Shown: positions 22,657 to 35,080, numbered from the whole stretch's first letter. The stretch is DNA of 63,104 nucleotides, filler included, from Squatina squatina (GCA_031763465.1; 4 parts of 4 records of this genome joined end to end with filler, not necessarily neighbours in it), one strand, 5' to 3'. Numbers and translations are program-made. The notes: a model not told the origin generated them from the letters alone.

Positions 22657-25600
22657 ACTGGAGATTGTCCCGTACTGGAGAGAGATCTGTTCGGGAGAGT
22701 GTCCTGTACTGAAGAGAGTGAAGTCCTGGAGAGTGTCGTGTACTGGAGATAAATCTGTACTGAACAGTGACCTGTACTGAAAGGTGATCTGTACTGGAGA
22801 GTGTCCTGTACTGGAGAGAAATCTGTACTGGAGGGAGATCTGTACTGGAGTGTCTCCTATCAATTAGAGAGTACTGTGCTGGAGAGTATCCTGTCCTGGA
22901 GAGAGTCCTGTACTGGAGAGAGTTCTGTACTGGAGAGAGATCTGTACTGGGGACTATCCTGTACTGCAGAGTGACCTGTGCTGGAAATTGATCTGTACTG
23001 GAGAGAGATCTGTGCTGGAGAGTGTCATGTACTGGAGAGTGTCCTGTACTGGAGATAGATCTGTACTGGTGTGAGATCTGTACTGGAGAGTGTCCTGTAC
23101 TGGAGAGTGTCCTGCACTGGAGAGTGTCCTGTACTGGCGTGAGATCTGTAGTGGAGAGTATCCTGTACTGAAGAGTGTCATGTACTGGAGAGAGATCTGT
23201 ACTAGAGTGTGTCCTGAACTGGAGAGAAATCTGTACTGGAGGGAGTTGGGTACTGGAGAGTGTCCTGTACAGGAGAGAGTCCTGTACTGGAGGATATCCT
23301 GCACTGGAGAGAGTTCTGTGCTGGAGAGAGATCTGTAGTGGATAGTATCGTGTACTGGAGAGTGACCTGTACTGGAGATAGATTTGTACTGGAGAGAGAT
23401 CTGTACTGGAGATAGATCCGTACTGGAGAGTGTCCTGTACTGGAGAGTATCCTGTCCTGGAGAGAGTGCTTTATATGCGAGAAATCTGTACTGGAGAGAG
23501 ATCTGTACTGGAGAGTGTGCTTTATAGGCGAGAAATCTGTACTTGTGAGAGATCTGTACTGGAGAGTGTCCTGTACTGGAGAGAAATCTGTACTGGAGGG
23601 AGTTTTGTACTGGAGATAGATCTGGACTGGAGAAACATCTGTACTGTAGAGAGATCCATACTGGAGAGTGTCCTGCACTGGAGAGTGTCCTGTACTGGAG
23701 AGAGCTCTGTACTGGAGAGTGTCCTGTACTGGAGAGTGTCCTGCACTGGAGAGAGTTCTGTACTGCAGAGAAATCTGTACTGGAGAGTGTCCTGTACTGG
23801 AGAGAGTTCTTTACTGGAGAGTGTCCTGTCCTGGAGTGAGAACAGTACTGGAGAGAGATCTGTACTGGAGAGTGACTTGTACTGGAGAGAAATCTGTACT
23901 GTAGATTGTCCTGTACTGGAGAGAAATCTGTACTGGAGGGAGCTCTGTACTGGAGAGTGTCCAGTACTGGAGAGTGTCCTGTACTGGAAAGTGATCTGTA
24001 CTTGAAAGTCTCCTGTACTGGAGATTGTCCCGTACTGGAGAGAGATCTGTTCTGGAGAGTGTCCTGTACTGAAGAGAGTGAAGTCCTGGAGAGTGCCCTG
24101 TACTGGAAGGTGATCTGTACTGGATAGTGTCCTGTACTGGAGATAAATCTGTACTGGAGAGTGACCTGTACTGGAAGGTGATCTGTACTGGATGGTGTCC
24201 TGTACTGGAGATAACTCTGAACTGGAGGGAGATCTGTACTGGAGAGTCTCCTATAAATTAGAGAGTACTGTGCTGGAGAGTATCCTGTCCTGGAGAGAGT
24301 CGTGTACGGGGGAATATCCTGTACTGGAGAGTGATCTGTGCTGAATATAGATCTGTACTGGAGAGAGTTCTGTACTGGAGAGTGTCATGTACTGGAGAGT
24401 GTCCTGTACTGGAGAGAGTTCTGTACTGGAGAGTGTCATGTACTGGAGAGTGTCCTGTACTGGAGAGAGATCTGTACTGGAGAGTGTCCTGTACTGGAGA
24501 TAAATCTGTACTGGAGAGTGACCTGTACTGGAGAGTGTCCTGTACTGGAGATAAATCTGTACTGGAGAGTGTCCTGTACTGGAGAGTGTCCTGTACTGGA
24601 GATAGATCTGCACTGGAGCGAGGTCTGTACTGGAGAGTGTCCTGTACTGGAGAGAGATCTGTACTGGAGCGTGTCCTGTACTGGATAGTGTCCTGTACAG
24701 GAGAGAGATCTGTACTGGAGAGTGTCCTGTACTGGAGATAGAGCTGTACTTGAGAGGGATCTGTACTGGAGTGTGTCCTGTACTGTAGAGTGTCCTGTGT
24801 CGGTGAGAAATCTGTACTGGAGGGAGTTCTGTATTGGAGAGAGATCTGTAGTGGAGAGTATCGTGTACTGGAGAGTGACCTGTACTGGAAATAGATTTGT
24901 ATTGGAGAGAGATCTGTACTGGAGTGTTTTCTGTACTGGAGAGAGAGATCTGTACTGGAGAGTTTCCTGTACTGGAGAGAGAACTGTACTGGAGAGTGTC
25001 CTGCACTGGAGATAAATCTGTACTTTAGAGTGACCTGTACTGGAAGGTGATCTTTCCTGGAGAATGTCCTGTACTGGAGAGAAATCTGTACTGGAGGGAG
25101 ATCTGTACTGGAGAGTCTCCTATAAATTAGAGAGTACCGTGCTGGAGAATGTCCTGTCCTGGAGAGAGTCCTGTACTGGAGAGTATCCTGTACTGGAGAG
25201 AGTTCTGTGCTGGAGAGAGATCTGTACTGGGGAGTATCCTGTACTGGAGAGTGACCTGTGCTGGAAATAGATCTGTACTGGAGTGACATCTGTACTGGAG
25301 AGTGTCATGTACTGGAGAGTGTCCTGTACTGGAGATAGATCTGTACTGGTGAGAGATCTGTAATGGAGAGTGATCTGTACTGGAGAGTGTCCTGTGCTGG
25401 AGAGAGATCTGTACTGGAGAGTGTCCTGTACTGGAGAGAGATCTGTACTGGAGAGTGTCCTGTACTGGAGAGAGTGCTGTACTGGAGAGTGTAATGTACT
25501 GGAGAGAAATCTGTACTGGAGAGTGACCTGTACTGGAGAGGGATCTGTACTGGAGAGTGTCGTGTACTGGAGAGTGTCCTGTACTGGAGACAAATCTGTA

Positions 25601-28073
25601 TTGGAAAGAGATCTGTACTGGAGAATGTCCTGTACTGGAAAGTGATCTGAATGGAGAGTGTCCTGGACTGGAGGGAGTGCTGTCCTGGAAAGTGTCCTGT
25701 ACTGGAAAGAAATCTGTACTATAGAGTGACCTGTACTGGAGAGAGATCTGTACTGGAGTGTGTCCTGTACTGGAGAGTGTCCTGTAATGGCGAGAAATCT
25801 GTACTGGAGAGAAATCTGTACTGGAGGGAGTTCTGTACTGGAGAGTGATCTGTACTGGAAAGTCTCCTTTACTGGAGATTGTCCTGTACTGGAGAGAGAT
25901 CTGTACTGGAGAGAGATCTGTACTGGAAGGAGCTCTGTACTCGAAAGTGTCCTGTACAGGAGAGTGTCCTGTACTGGAGAGTATGCTGTACTGGAAAGAG
26001 TTCTGTACTGGAGAGAGCTCTGTACTGGAGAGTGTTCTGTACTGGAGAGTGTCCTGTACTGGAAAGTGATCTGTACTTGAAAGTCTCCTGTACTGGAGAT
26101 TGTCCCGTACTGCAGAGCGATCTGCATGGAGAGTCTCCTGTACTGGAGAGAGAATGTACTGGAGTGTGTCCTTTACTGGAGAGAAATCTGTATTGGAGAG
26201 AGATCTGTACTGAAGAGTGTCCTCTACTGGAGAGTGTCCTGTTATGGAGAGAAATCTGTATTCCAGAGAGATCTGTACTGGAGAATGTCCTGTACTGGAG
26301 AGTGTCCTGTACTGGTGACAATTCTGTACTGGAGAGCGTTCTCTACTGGAGAGAGATCTGTACTGGAGAGAGTCCTGTACTGGAGATTGTCCTGAACTGG
26401 AGAGAGATCTTTACTGGAGAGTGTCCTGTACTGGAGAGCGCTCTCTACTGGAGACTGTCCTGTACAGGACAGAGTCCTGTACTGGAGAGTATGCTGCACT
26501 GCAGAGAGTTCTGTACTGGTGAGAGATCTGTACTGGAGAGTACCGTGTACTGGAGAGTGATCTGTACTGGAGATCGATTTGTACTGGAAAGAGATCTGTA
26601 CTGGAGAGTGTCCTGTACCGGAGATAGATCTGTACTGGAGAGTGATCTGTACTCAAGAGTGTCCTGTGCTGGAGAGAGATCTGCACTGAAGAGAGTTCTG
26701 TACTTGAGAGTATCCTGTACTGGAGAGAGATCGGTTCTGGAGAGTGTAGTGTACTGGAGAGTGTCCTGTGCTGGAGACAAATCTGTATTGGAACGAGATC
26801 TGTACTGGAGAGTATCCTGTGCTGGAGAGAGATCTGTACTGGTGAGTGTCGTGTACTGGAGAATGTCCTGTGCTGGAGACAAATCTGTATTGGAACGAGA
26901 TCTGTACTGGAGAATGTCCTGTACTGGAATGTGATCTGAATGGAGAGTGTCCTGGACTGGAGGGAGTGCTGTCCTGGAAAGTGTCCTGTACTGGAAAGAA
27001 ATCTGTANNNNNNNNNNNNNNNNNNNNNNNNNNNNNNNNNNNNNNNNNNNNNNNNNNNNNNNNNNNNNNNNNNNNNNNNNNNNNNNNNNNNNNNNNNNNN
27101 NNNNNNNGGAGAGTACTGTGCTGGAGGGTATCCTGTCTTGGAGAGAGTCCTGTACTGGAGACTATCCTGTCCTGGAGAGAGTTCTGTACTGGAGAGAGAT
27201 CTGTACTGGGGAGTATCCTGTACTGGAGAGTGACCTGTGCTGGATATAGATCTGTACTGGAGAGAGATCTGTACTGGAGAGTGTCATGTACTGGAGAGTG
27301 TCCTGTGCTGGAAATAGATCTGTACTGGAGAGAGATCTGTAATGGAGAGTGATCTGTACTGGAGAGTGTCCTGTACGGGAGAGAGAACTGTACTGGAGAG
27401 TGTCCTGTACTGGAGAGAGATCTGTACTGGAGAGTGTCCTGTGCTGGAGACAGTCCTGTACTGGAGAGTGTCCTGTACTGGCGAAAAATCTCTACTGGAG
27501 TGAGATCTGTACTGGAGAATGTCCTGTACTGGAGAGAGTCCTGTACTGGAAAGTGATCTGTACTGGAAAGTCTCCTGTACTGGAGATTGTACCGTACTGG
27601 AGAGAGATCTGTACTGGAGAGTGTCCTGTACTGGAGAGGGTCCTGTACTGGAGAGAGTGCTGTACTGGAGAATGTCCTGTACTGGAGAGAAATCTGTACT
27701 GGAGAGTGACCTGTACTGGACAGTGTCCTGTACTGGAGAGAAATCTGTATTGGAGAGAGATTTGTACTGGAGAATGTCCTGTACTGGAGAGTGTCCTGTC
27801 CTGGCGAGAAATCTGTACTGGAGCGACATCTGTACTGGGGAGTGTCCTGTACTGGAGAGTGTCCTGTACTGGCAAGAAATCTGTACTGGAGAGATATCTG
27901 TACTGGAGGGAGCTCTGTACTGGAGAGTGTCCTGTACTGGAAAGTGATCTCTACTTGAAAGTCTCCTGTACTGGAGATTGTCCCGTACTTGAGAGAGATC
28001 TCTTCTGGAGAGTGTCCTGTACTGAAGAGAGTGAAGCCCTGGAGAGAGTCCTGTACTGGAGAGAGTTCTGTAC
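22657..28073. repeat. Satellite array, 17-bp unit ACTGGAGAGTGTCCTGT with the major variant ACTGGAGAGAGATCTGT
   Basis: Continuous tandem copies bounded by gaps on both sides, with an internal gap at 27008-27107. It generates 17-aa-periodic pseudo-ORFs on both strands. Confidence 0.98.
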
Positions 28074-28173
28074 NNNNNNNNNNNNNNNNNNNNNNNNNNN
28101 NNNNNNNNNNNNNNNNNNNNNNNNNNNNNNNNNNNNNNNNNNNNNNNNNNNNNNNNNNNNNNNNNNNNNNNNN

Positions 28174-28390
28174 AGGGATAACTATTGGCCAGGACACTTC
28201 TTTGAAATAGTGCCCCGGGACCTTCTAGGTCCACCTGATGGAGCAGACAGCGCCTTGGTTTAACGTCTCAACCGAAAGACGGCACCTCCGACAGTGCTGC
28301 ACTCCCTCAGTACTGAATCGAGATGTCATCTGCGTTATGTGCTCAAGTGTCTGGAGTGGGACTTGAACCCATATCGCTCTGGACTCAGTA
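28174..28390 (-). mobile_element. DeuSINE (SacSINE1-like) 5' half
   Basis: GGTTTAACGTCTCA..CGAAAGACGGCACCTCCGACAGTG..GCACTCCCTCAGTACTG..GGAGTGGGACTTGAACCC. Confidence 0.85.
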
Positions 28391-28856
28391 AGGGGAGATT
28401 AATCTTTAGTTCCTGCACACTCCAGGACGATACTTGAAACAGGGTTTTGTTATCTCCTTGCTGCGTGTAGCATTCATCTGTGAGGTGTGCCTGGCCTGAC
28501 TCTGCATGGTGTGCTCGCCAGTGTTCCCCTGATGGGCACGGCCATGCAGCAAATTTAAAGGGACCATGCACCCAGACAAATTGGAGGAAATTTTGGTGCT
28601 TAGTGTCTCAAATACAGCGTGAGCCAAAGCAGTGTTATAAATCACATCAACTACTGAGGTAATGGAGGCAAATGGAAACCATCTGCTCTGAAAGGCAGTT
28701 TATTAGTACTCAGGCAGGAGGAGAGAGCTAATAGAGTCTTTATTTAGTTGGAGAAACCCACAGGAATATTCAGGACTCGTAGCACAACAATCAATTGTAC
28801 CGAGAAGTTTCATCTCCAAAACACCAGAGTGCAGCAGAATACAAATTAAACACTAT

Positions 28857-29521
28857 GGCCTAGAAATTGGATACGGCCTGAAAATATCGTGATGTGCGAC
28901 GACCCCGCGCCCGTTACTTCTGATGCAGGCAGCAGGCAAACCTTGTGCTGCCTGCTAATTTAAATGATAGCAGTGTGGAGCCCAGTGCTAAATGCGCTGT
29001 TGGCTGGCTCAGCAGGGGGCCAAAGTTCATGCGAGGCTAGCTCCGATTAAAGTTAGCCTCTACTTCTTAAAGGCAGTCTGCACCTCTTATAGGAAGTGCA
29101 TTCTTTTTGCAGCAGCTGCTGGAACTGGATGCGGAGGCAAATCTGTGAAAGAAGAAGACTGAATAAAGGCTCAACAGGCCAGAGAAAGGGCTCCAATGTT
29201 CTTGGACGTAGCACTCGAGGCCTTAGTGCAGTGGGTGGAAAGGAGGAGACATGTCCTTTATCCGCAGGGGGCCAGGAGGCTCTCCAGTCACACCCTGCAA
29301 TGACAGTGGGAGCAGATAGCCAAAGCAGTCAATGTCAGTAGTGTCACCTCAATAACATGGATGCAATGCCGAAAGAAGTTCAATGCCCTCACACGAATGG
29401 TCAAGGTCAGTGAATGAATCTTCAAATGCTGTCTCCCACCAACTGCATGACTAGCCTCACACACTGCTCAATTCACCACAGCCCCATTACTCACCTACCA
29501 ACAATCTCTATCAATCACAAC
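28857..29521 (+). mobile_element. PIF/Harbinger-type DNA transposon relic with a pseudogenised Myb/SANT-like gene exon (29166-29405)
   Basis: The frame from 29181 reads RERAPMFLDVALEALVQWVERRRHVLYP...LQ*QWEQIAKAVNVSSVTSITWMQCRKKFNALTRMVK, a Myb/SANT-like pattern (W..IA..VN....R.W.QCRKKF). There is an in-frame TGA at 29301 and an AAG|GTCAGT donor. Confidence 0.78.
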
Positions 29522-29621
29522 NNNNNNNNNNNNNNNNNNNNNNNNNNNNNNNNNNNNNNNNNNNNNNNNNNNNNNNNNNNNNNNNNNNNNNNNNNNNNNN
29601 NNNNNNNNNNNNNNNNNNNNN

Positions 29622-29700
29622 GCCTCAAGTTTACGTAGGGTAGAACGTGGGAGGAGTGCATTGGAATAGTCAAGTCTGGAGGTAACAAAGGCACGGATGA
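29622..29700 (-). mobile_element. L2-clade LINE fragment
   Basis: Minus-strand peptide FIRAFVTSRLDYSNALL; homologous to 11400-11450. Confidence 0.8.
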
Positions 29701-29778
29701 AGGGGTGATGCACAGTGGTGATGGCTGAATGGGCATCATTGGTCATTTAATGAAATTCATGTTTTTCCAATATTTCAG

Positions 29779-29902
29779 ACTGGTGTTCCCTCAGGGCCTG
29801 CCACGTGACTTCACCTTTCTTGCAACACTGCTGCTCAAAAAGAAAACTCTGAAGGAGAACTGGTACATGATAAAAATCACCGACCAGCAGGGCCTGACTC
29901 AG
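29779..29902 (+). CDS. COL16A1: Collagen XVI alpha-1 exon, N-terminal TSPN/laminin-G-like domain
   Basis: TATTTCAG acceptor and CAG|GTAAAG donor. The 124 nt encode LVFPQGLPRDFTFLATLLLKKKTLKENWYMIKITDQQGLTQ (human COL16A1 VFPRGLPEEFALVLTLLLKKHTHQKTWYLFQVTDANGYPQ). It lies downstream of ADGRB2 on the same strand, as in human. Confidence 0.82.
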
Positions 29903-31018
29903 GTAAAGTGAAGTTGTCACGGTTCAGCCATTCCAGTCCTGTACTTACACAGTGTTCTGATCACTGAGACAATATTGTTCGTGCTGGACTGGAATTCAGT
30001 GAATAAGCTGGATTGGGGATTAGCTGCCATTAAGCTCCCTAAGCACATTGGGGTCGATTTTGATTATCGGATGGCTGCCCATTCTGGCGGTGAAAAGGCC
30101 CCCTTAGAAGATTTGGATCACAGTTCACACACAGGTTACCCAAGGGGTCTCGGGAGGCATAAGGTGTTTTATTATGGAGTGGTGGTTCAAGTATAGTCAA
30201 ATACAACACCTAATCAGGATACACATAGTAGGCATACAACCGAGGCAAGCAGCTGGTATCGGTCCCAATCCAACAGACAGCTGGCGTGCGCGAACAACTC
30301 TTCTCTGCACCGTCTGTGCGGAGAAGTGATTTTGAGGCTGCGATCGAAGAGGGTGGACGTCCCAGGACTACAGCAGCCCAAATTATTTTTGTAGGGCCCG
30401 AAGAAACACTCTTGCTCCTGGTCCTGGTCCCAGAAAAATAATTTCAAACTTATCTTGGTTGGGCCTCTTTGGCTCTATTGCTAGTACAACTGGGCGGAGA
30501 GTGCACGAGCTACCGGTTATTTCGTAAAATGGCAATCAGGCTCCATGTATATTAAATAATGCCTTCCGTCTGAAACGGCAGGTGCTTCAGTACTGGACCC
30601 AGTAATAGTGGCAGCGGGCATAGTCTCTATGCAACGGTAATTCTACAAACTCCACTTTGAGGCTGTTATCTTCAATTTCAGCAATTTAAAAGTGACTCCT
30701 TTGTTTCTGTGGAGTATGGCGACCAGTTAACTTTCAAAATCACAGGCACTTTGGTTTCAGTAATAGACACCAGCAACTTTCTGAATATTGACACAATCAC
30801 AATTACAATTCCAGTTGTGTGGCATTATAGCATCAGAGGGCTGCACCCAGGTTCTCTGATGACTCCCTCCATATGCTTGTGGAGGGAGTTAGAGCGCGAA
30901 GGAGGTCCTCTTCAATAGNNNNNNNNNNNNNNNNNNNNNNNNNNNNNNNNNNNNNNNNNNNNNNNNNNNNNNNNNNNNNNNNNNNNNNNNNNNNNNNNNN
31001 NNNNNNNNNNNNNNNNNN

Positions 31019-31220
31019 CAAGGCCGGAGCACGCAGTCCCAGTGCAAGGTCAGAGCGCACGGCCCCAGTGCAAGGTCAGAGCGCACGGCCCCAGTGCAAG
31101 GTCAGAGCGCACAGTCCCAGTGCAAGGCCAGAGTGCATGGGCCCAGCACATAGTCCACGTGCAAAATCCCAGCGCCTGATCTGGATGCAAGGTCCTAGCG
31201 CAAGGCCAGAGTGCAGGGTC
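31019..31220. repeat. GC-rich minisatellite, 26-bp unit CCCAGTGCAAGGTCAGAGCGCACGGC
   Basis: AGTGCAAGG recurs at 31041, 31067, 31093 and 31119, then decays. The left side runs into a gap. Confidence 0.9.
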
Positions 31221-31811
31221 AGCACGGGATCATCTGCAGGCGACAGAAAAACATTGTCTTTTACAAAATGTCCGTTTTATTGGATGGTGCTCTGGTACAA
31301 CGAGAGACAAACACACGGTCTTTACAGTTGCACATGATTAAAAACATAATAAATAAATGATGTTAATGAAGTTAATCAGCAGGGTTTATTTTATTCTTGG
31401 GTGTATGAACAATGGCTTCAAAAATCCTCTTTATTAAGAAGCCTCTATCTGCCAAGTCATGTGAGGGAAATAACCTACTGATTAAGGCCATTACCACAAG
31501 GTCCTCATCTTGGCTTGTTGCTGTTTGACTCATGGACCAGGATTTTCTTCTGTGCCAACCACCTAAATCACTAATTGTACATTTACAGTGAGGGAGATGG
31601 TGAGAAGATCCACAGTTGAGTTGGTAGGTTTGCTGCCACTCATGGGGACCTGCTCTGCGTGGTTGAGGGGGGTGGCGGGGGGGGGGGGGGGTGGCGGCAG
31701 GCTTTGTACAGNNNNNNNNNNNNNNNNNNNNNNNNNNNNNNNNNNNNNNNNNNNNNNNNNNNNNNNNNNNNNNNNNNNNNNNNNNNNNNNNNNNNNNNNN
31801 NNNNNNNNNNN

Positions 31812-31995
31812 TGGGATCTTTTACGTCCACCTGAGAGATGGGGCCTCGGTTTTAATGTCTCATCCGAAAGATGGCACCTCCGACAGTGCAGCTCTCCCTC
31901 AGCACTGTACTGGGAGTGCCAGACTAGATTATTTTGTGCTCAAGTCCCTGGAGTGGGACTTGAACCCAGAACCTTCTGACTCGGAGGTGAGTGTG
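31812..31995 (-). mobile_element. DeuSINE (SacSINE1-like) 5' half
   Basis: TGGGATCTTTTACGTCCACCTGAGAG..CATCCGAAAGATGGCACCTCCGACAGTGCAGC..GGAGTGGGACTTGAACCC. Confidence 0.85.
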
Positions 31996-32490
31996 GGCAA
32001 TTAATATAATTTACACAAGAAAAAAAAACTCCACAAATCTCCAAAACATGCACTTCTTTCGGTTTTGGCCAGAATAATACTTTTGAAAATAGTGGGATTC
32101 AGAAAGTTTTCTCCCTTCCCAGAAAATAATTCAAGGAGTTCTTTACGTTTCATAGTGTCATTCCAGAGGGAAAAAAAATACCCAGGGGTTACTCAAAGAA
32201 CAGAAGTGCAGATGCAAATCATAAAAGGAGGAGTTAATACCTGTCAGGTTGCCATCGTGTGGGTTTGGAGCCGTTGCCTTGGAGATGCAATAGTAGCCAA
32301 GGTCACAAAGGCCAGAGGGCTGACTTAAGCCAAATCTTTCACAGTAATGGCCACCGTCACAAGGGGTGGGATATACAGCTCCCTCAGGGCNNNNNNNNNN
32401 NNNNNNNNNNNNNNNNNNNNNNNNNNNNNNNNNNNNNNNNNNNNNNNNNNNNNNNNNNNNNNNNNNNNNNNNNNNNNNNNNNNNNNNNNN

Positions 32491-33875
32491 ACCGTAGCCT
32501 GTCCTTCAGTGCGACTGTTTTATTCACATGTTTCTTATTTCTTTCGCCGGGTTTAATCACTTTAGATCTTTTAGCTTTCCCTTTACCCGTAGTGCTGAAA
32601 GCACAAATTCTGACTTTGATCTACCCTCTTCCCTTTGTTTGTTTTTGAACTATTATTTGTACTACAATATCCAATTGAGCCCTTCCCCCTCCTCCTTTTA
32701 CTACTTTAAAGTCCTTGTGATTGGCCTATTTATCCTTTCCGCTAAGACTCTGGTCCCAGACCGGTTGAGGTGGAGCCCCTCCCAATGGTATAGTTCCTTC
32801 CTGTCCCAATACTGGTGCTAGTGTCCCATGAAATGGAATCCCTCTTTCCCACACCTTTCCTCCAGGCACACATTCACCTCCCTAATCAGCTTATCCCTGC
32901 GCCAATTTGCATGTGGCTCAGGTAATAATCCAGAGTTTATAACCCTTGAGGTCCTGTTCTTTAATTTAGCTCCTACCTCCTAGTACTCCCCAAACAGGGC
33001 CTCTTGCCTACTCTTCCCTATGTTGCTGGTCCCGACATGTATCACAACGACTGGATCCTGCCCCTCCCTCTCCAATATCCTTTCAAGCCAGTTTGAGATG
33101 TCCCTCAGCCTGGGACCAGGTAGGCAACATACCATGTGGGATCTCGATGTTGCTTGCAAAGGATGTTATCTGTCCCCCTAATTATCAAATCTCCTACAAC
33201 TACCACGTCATGCTTTCCCTGCTTAGGACAGCCTCCTGATCCCAAATACTATGGTCCGCATTCTGGCTGTCCTTCCGACAGTCTTTATCCTTATCCTCAC
33301 AGGTAGCAGGTACATTGTGCCTGTTGAATAGGATTAGTTTCTGTGGAGCCTTGTTCTCTATCTATCTTACCTGGGTTCCCCTTACTCTGCACACTATCGG
33401 TCACACCAACCCCGTTCTGAACCTCCACCTGTCTACGAGGTGTGACTGAAGTCTGGAGCAAACTGTCCAGATACTCTTCCCCCTCCCTTATGTGTCAGTG
33501 TCTTCAACTCGCACTCCAACTCAATGACACTGAGCTGGAGAGATTCGAGATGGAGACATCTGCAGACATGTCAGTTGGTATGATCTTGCTGCCCACAAAC
33601 TCCCCCGTACTGCAGTCCAGCCACACAGCCTGCTCTGCCATATCTTAGTCTAACCATGTTTATTTACGTAATTAATTAAATTCTTATTCAATGATTTTTT
33701 AATAATTATATTAATTAGTTTATCAAGTTAAGTTTCTAATTTAGCAAAGTACATTATAGTTTCCCACTCTAAGTTTAAACCATTGTGCTAGATTACAGAG
33801 AAAAAAATTAATAATCACCAACCAATCACCTACATGCTGTCCTGTGACATTCCAGTGTGCTCTGCTGCACTGCCG
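32491..33875 (-). mobile_element. CR1-clade LINE 5' portion with degenerate ORF1 (~33641-32701; zinc-finger/leucine-zipper plus SGNH esterase)
   Basis: Minus-strand peptides VVVVGDLIIRGTD, MVCCLPG, PVVVIHVGTSNIG, SGLLPEP and EGLHLNRSGTRVLA correspond to the SGNH blocks. Stops and frameshifts are present. Confidence 0.82.
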
Positions 33876-34454
33876 NNNNNNNNNNNNNNNNNNNNNNNNN
33901 NNNNNNNNNNNNNNNNNNNNNNNNNNNNNNNNNNNNNNNNNNNNNNNNNNNNNNNNNNNNNNNNNNNNNNNNNNNAGGGCTCTTCTAATCGCTGAATTCT
34001 GTCTTGCAGGACATTTGCTCGAAGTAAAAGAAACTACTTACACCTACATCACCCCTTTCACACAGCCCATTATACACAAGCATGGGTTCTCTCTGTGCTG
34101 CTAACCTCCCATCATATGCAAGCCTTGACCCGTGGACTGTGTACTGGTAACCTCACTTAATAGACCAGCCTAGGGGCGATTCTCCATGGTTATCCTCAGT
34201 TCATAAACAAGCCTCTTAGTAACCATGTGTTTAACCTTTGGGAGTTTCCACAGTGAGGACTAAACAGAAATACTTTACTGGTTGGCCGGGAATGCCTTGT
34301 TCTCCGGAGATGCCAACTGCACCTTTAATGCCCTAGACAGAAAGAGGAAACAGAATGGTCATTTCTTCATTGATAAACATTTCCACAGTGCACAAAATAA
34401 CGTTCGGTTGGCCATGAAAATCAATGCCATCAGCCAGTCAGGCCACTGCTGGGG

Positions 34455-34615
34455 TATCACTGTGGGAGCTTGCTGTGCACAAATTGGCTGCCGCGTTTCC
34501 CATGTTAGAACACTGACTACACTTCAAAAGTACTTCATTGGCTGTAAAGCGCCCTGGCACATCCTGGGATCTTGAAAGACAATTTATAAATCCAAGTATT
34601 TCTACCTTTCTTTCT
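34455..34615 (+). mobile_element. DeuSINE (SacSINE1-like) 3' part
   Basis: TGTGGGAGCTTGCTGTGCACAAATTGGCTGCCGCGTTTCC..CTTCAAAAGTACTTCATTGGCTGTAAAGCGC. Confidence 0.85.
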
Positions 34616-34694
34616 TTTCACTAAGTCATCATGCACCAGAGTGTCTGGACAATGAGTGATCAGTTTACAGTGAGCAACGTGCTGGTGAATCCTG

Positions 34695-35006
34695 TATGTA
34701 TAATACATATACACAGGAGTGTTATACCCAGAAATTCACTGTATTATTATATTATATATACAGGAGCGTTATACACAGTAACGCACGGTGTGTTAATATA
34801 TAATATACACAGAAGCATTATACTCAGTATCGCACGGTGTGTTATTACATAATATATATGTACACAGGAGTGTTATTCCCAGAAACGCACTGTGTGTTAT
34901 TATATAATATATACAGGACTGTTGTACCCAGTAACGCACGGTGTGTTATTATATAATATATACAGGATTGTTATACCCAGTAACATATGGTGTGTTATTG
35001 TATAAT
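34695..35006. repeat. AT-rich minisatellite, ~49-bp unit GTGTTATTATATAATATATACAGGAGTGTTATACCCAGTAACGCACGGT, about 6 copies
   Basis: ACAGGA-type anchors recur at ~49-55 nt spacing from 34711 to 34966. Confidence 0.88.
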
Positions 35007-35080
35007 GGGCCTGAAATTGCGATTAGAGGCTTCCTGCATGCGGTTGCCTCCAATCGCAAAAAAAATTACGTACTTACCTA
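35007..35080. mobile_element. MITE-like DNA element left end (GGGCCTGAAATTGC...)
   Basis: Reverse complement of 18270-18343; runs into a gap. Confidence 0.7.

Noticed and set aside
22657-28073. CRISPR-like appearance (constant core with variable intervening bases)
   Set aside because: The variable parts are only ~6-8 nt and are reused variants, not unique spacers. The context is vertebrate and there are no cas genes.
22954-28263. Long ORFs of 250-514 aa with YRTLSSTGHSPVQ / CTGECPVLE repeats
   Set aside because: They arise from a stop-free 17-bp monomer, are open simultaneously on both strands, and some run through N gaps.
18270-35080. One giant 17-kb transposon bounded by the inverted 74-bp ends
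   Set aside because: The termini face the wrong way: 18343 is a right end and 35007 a left end, so they belong to two separate copies.
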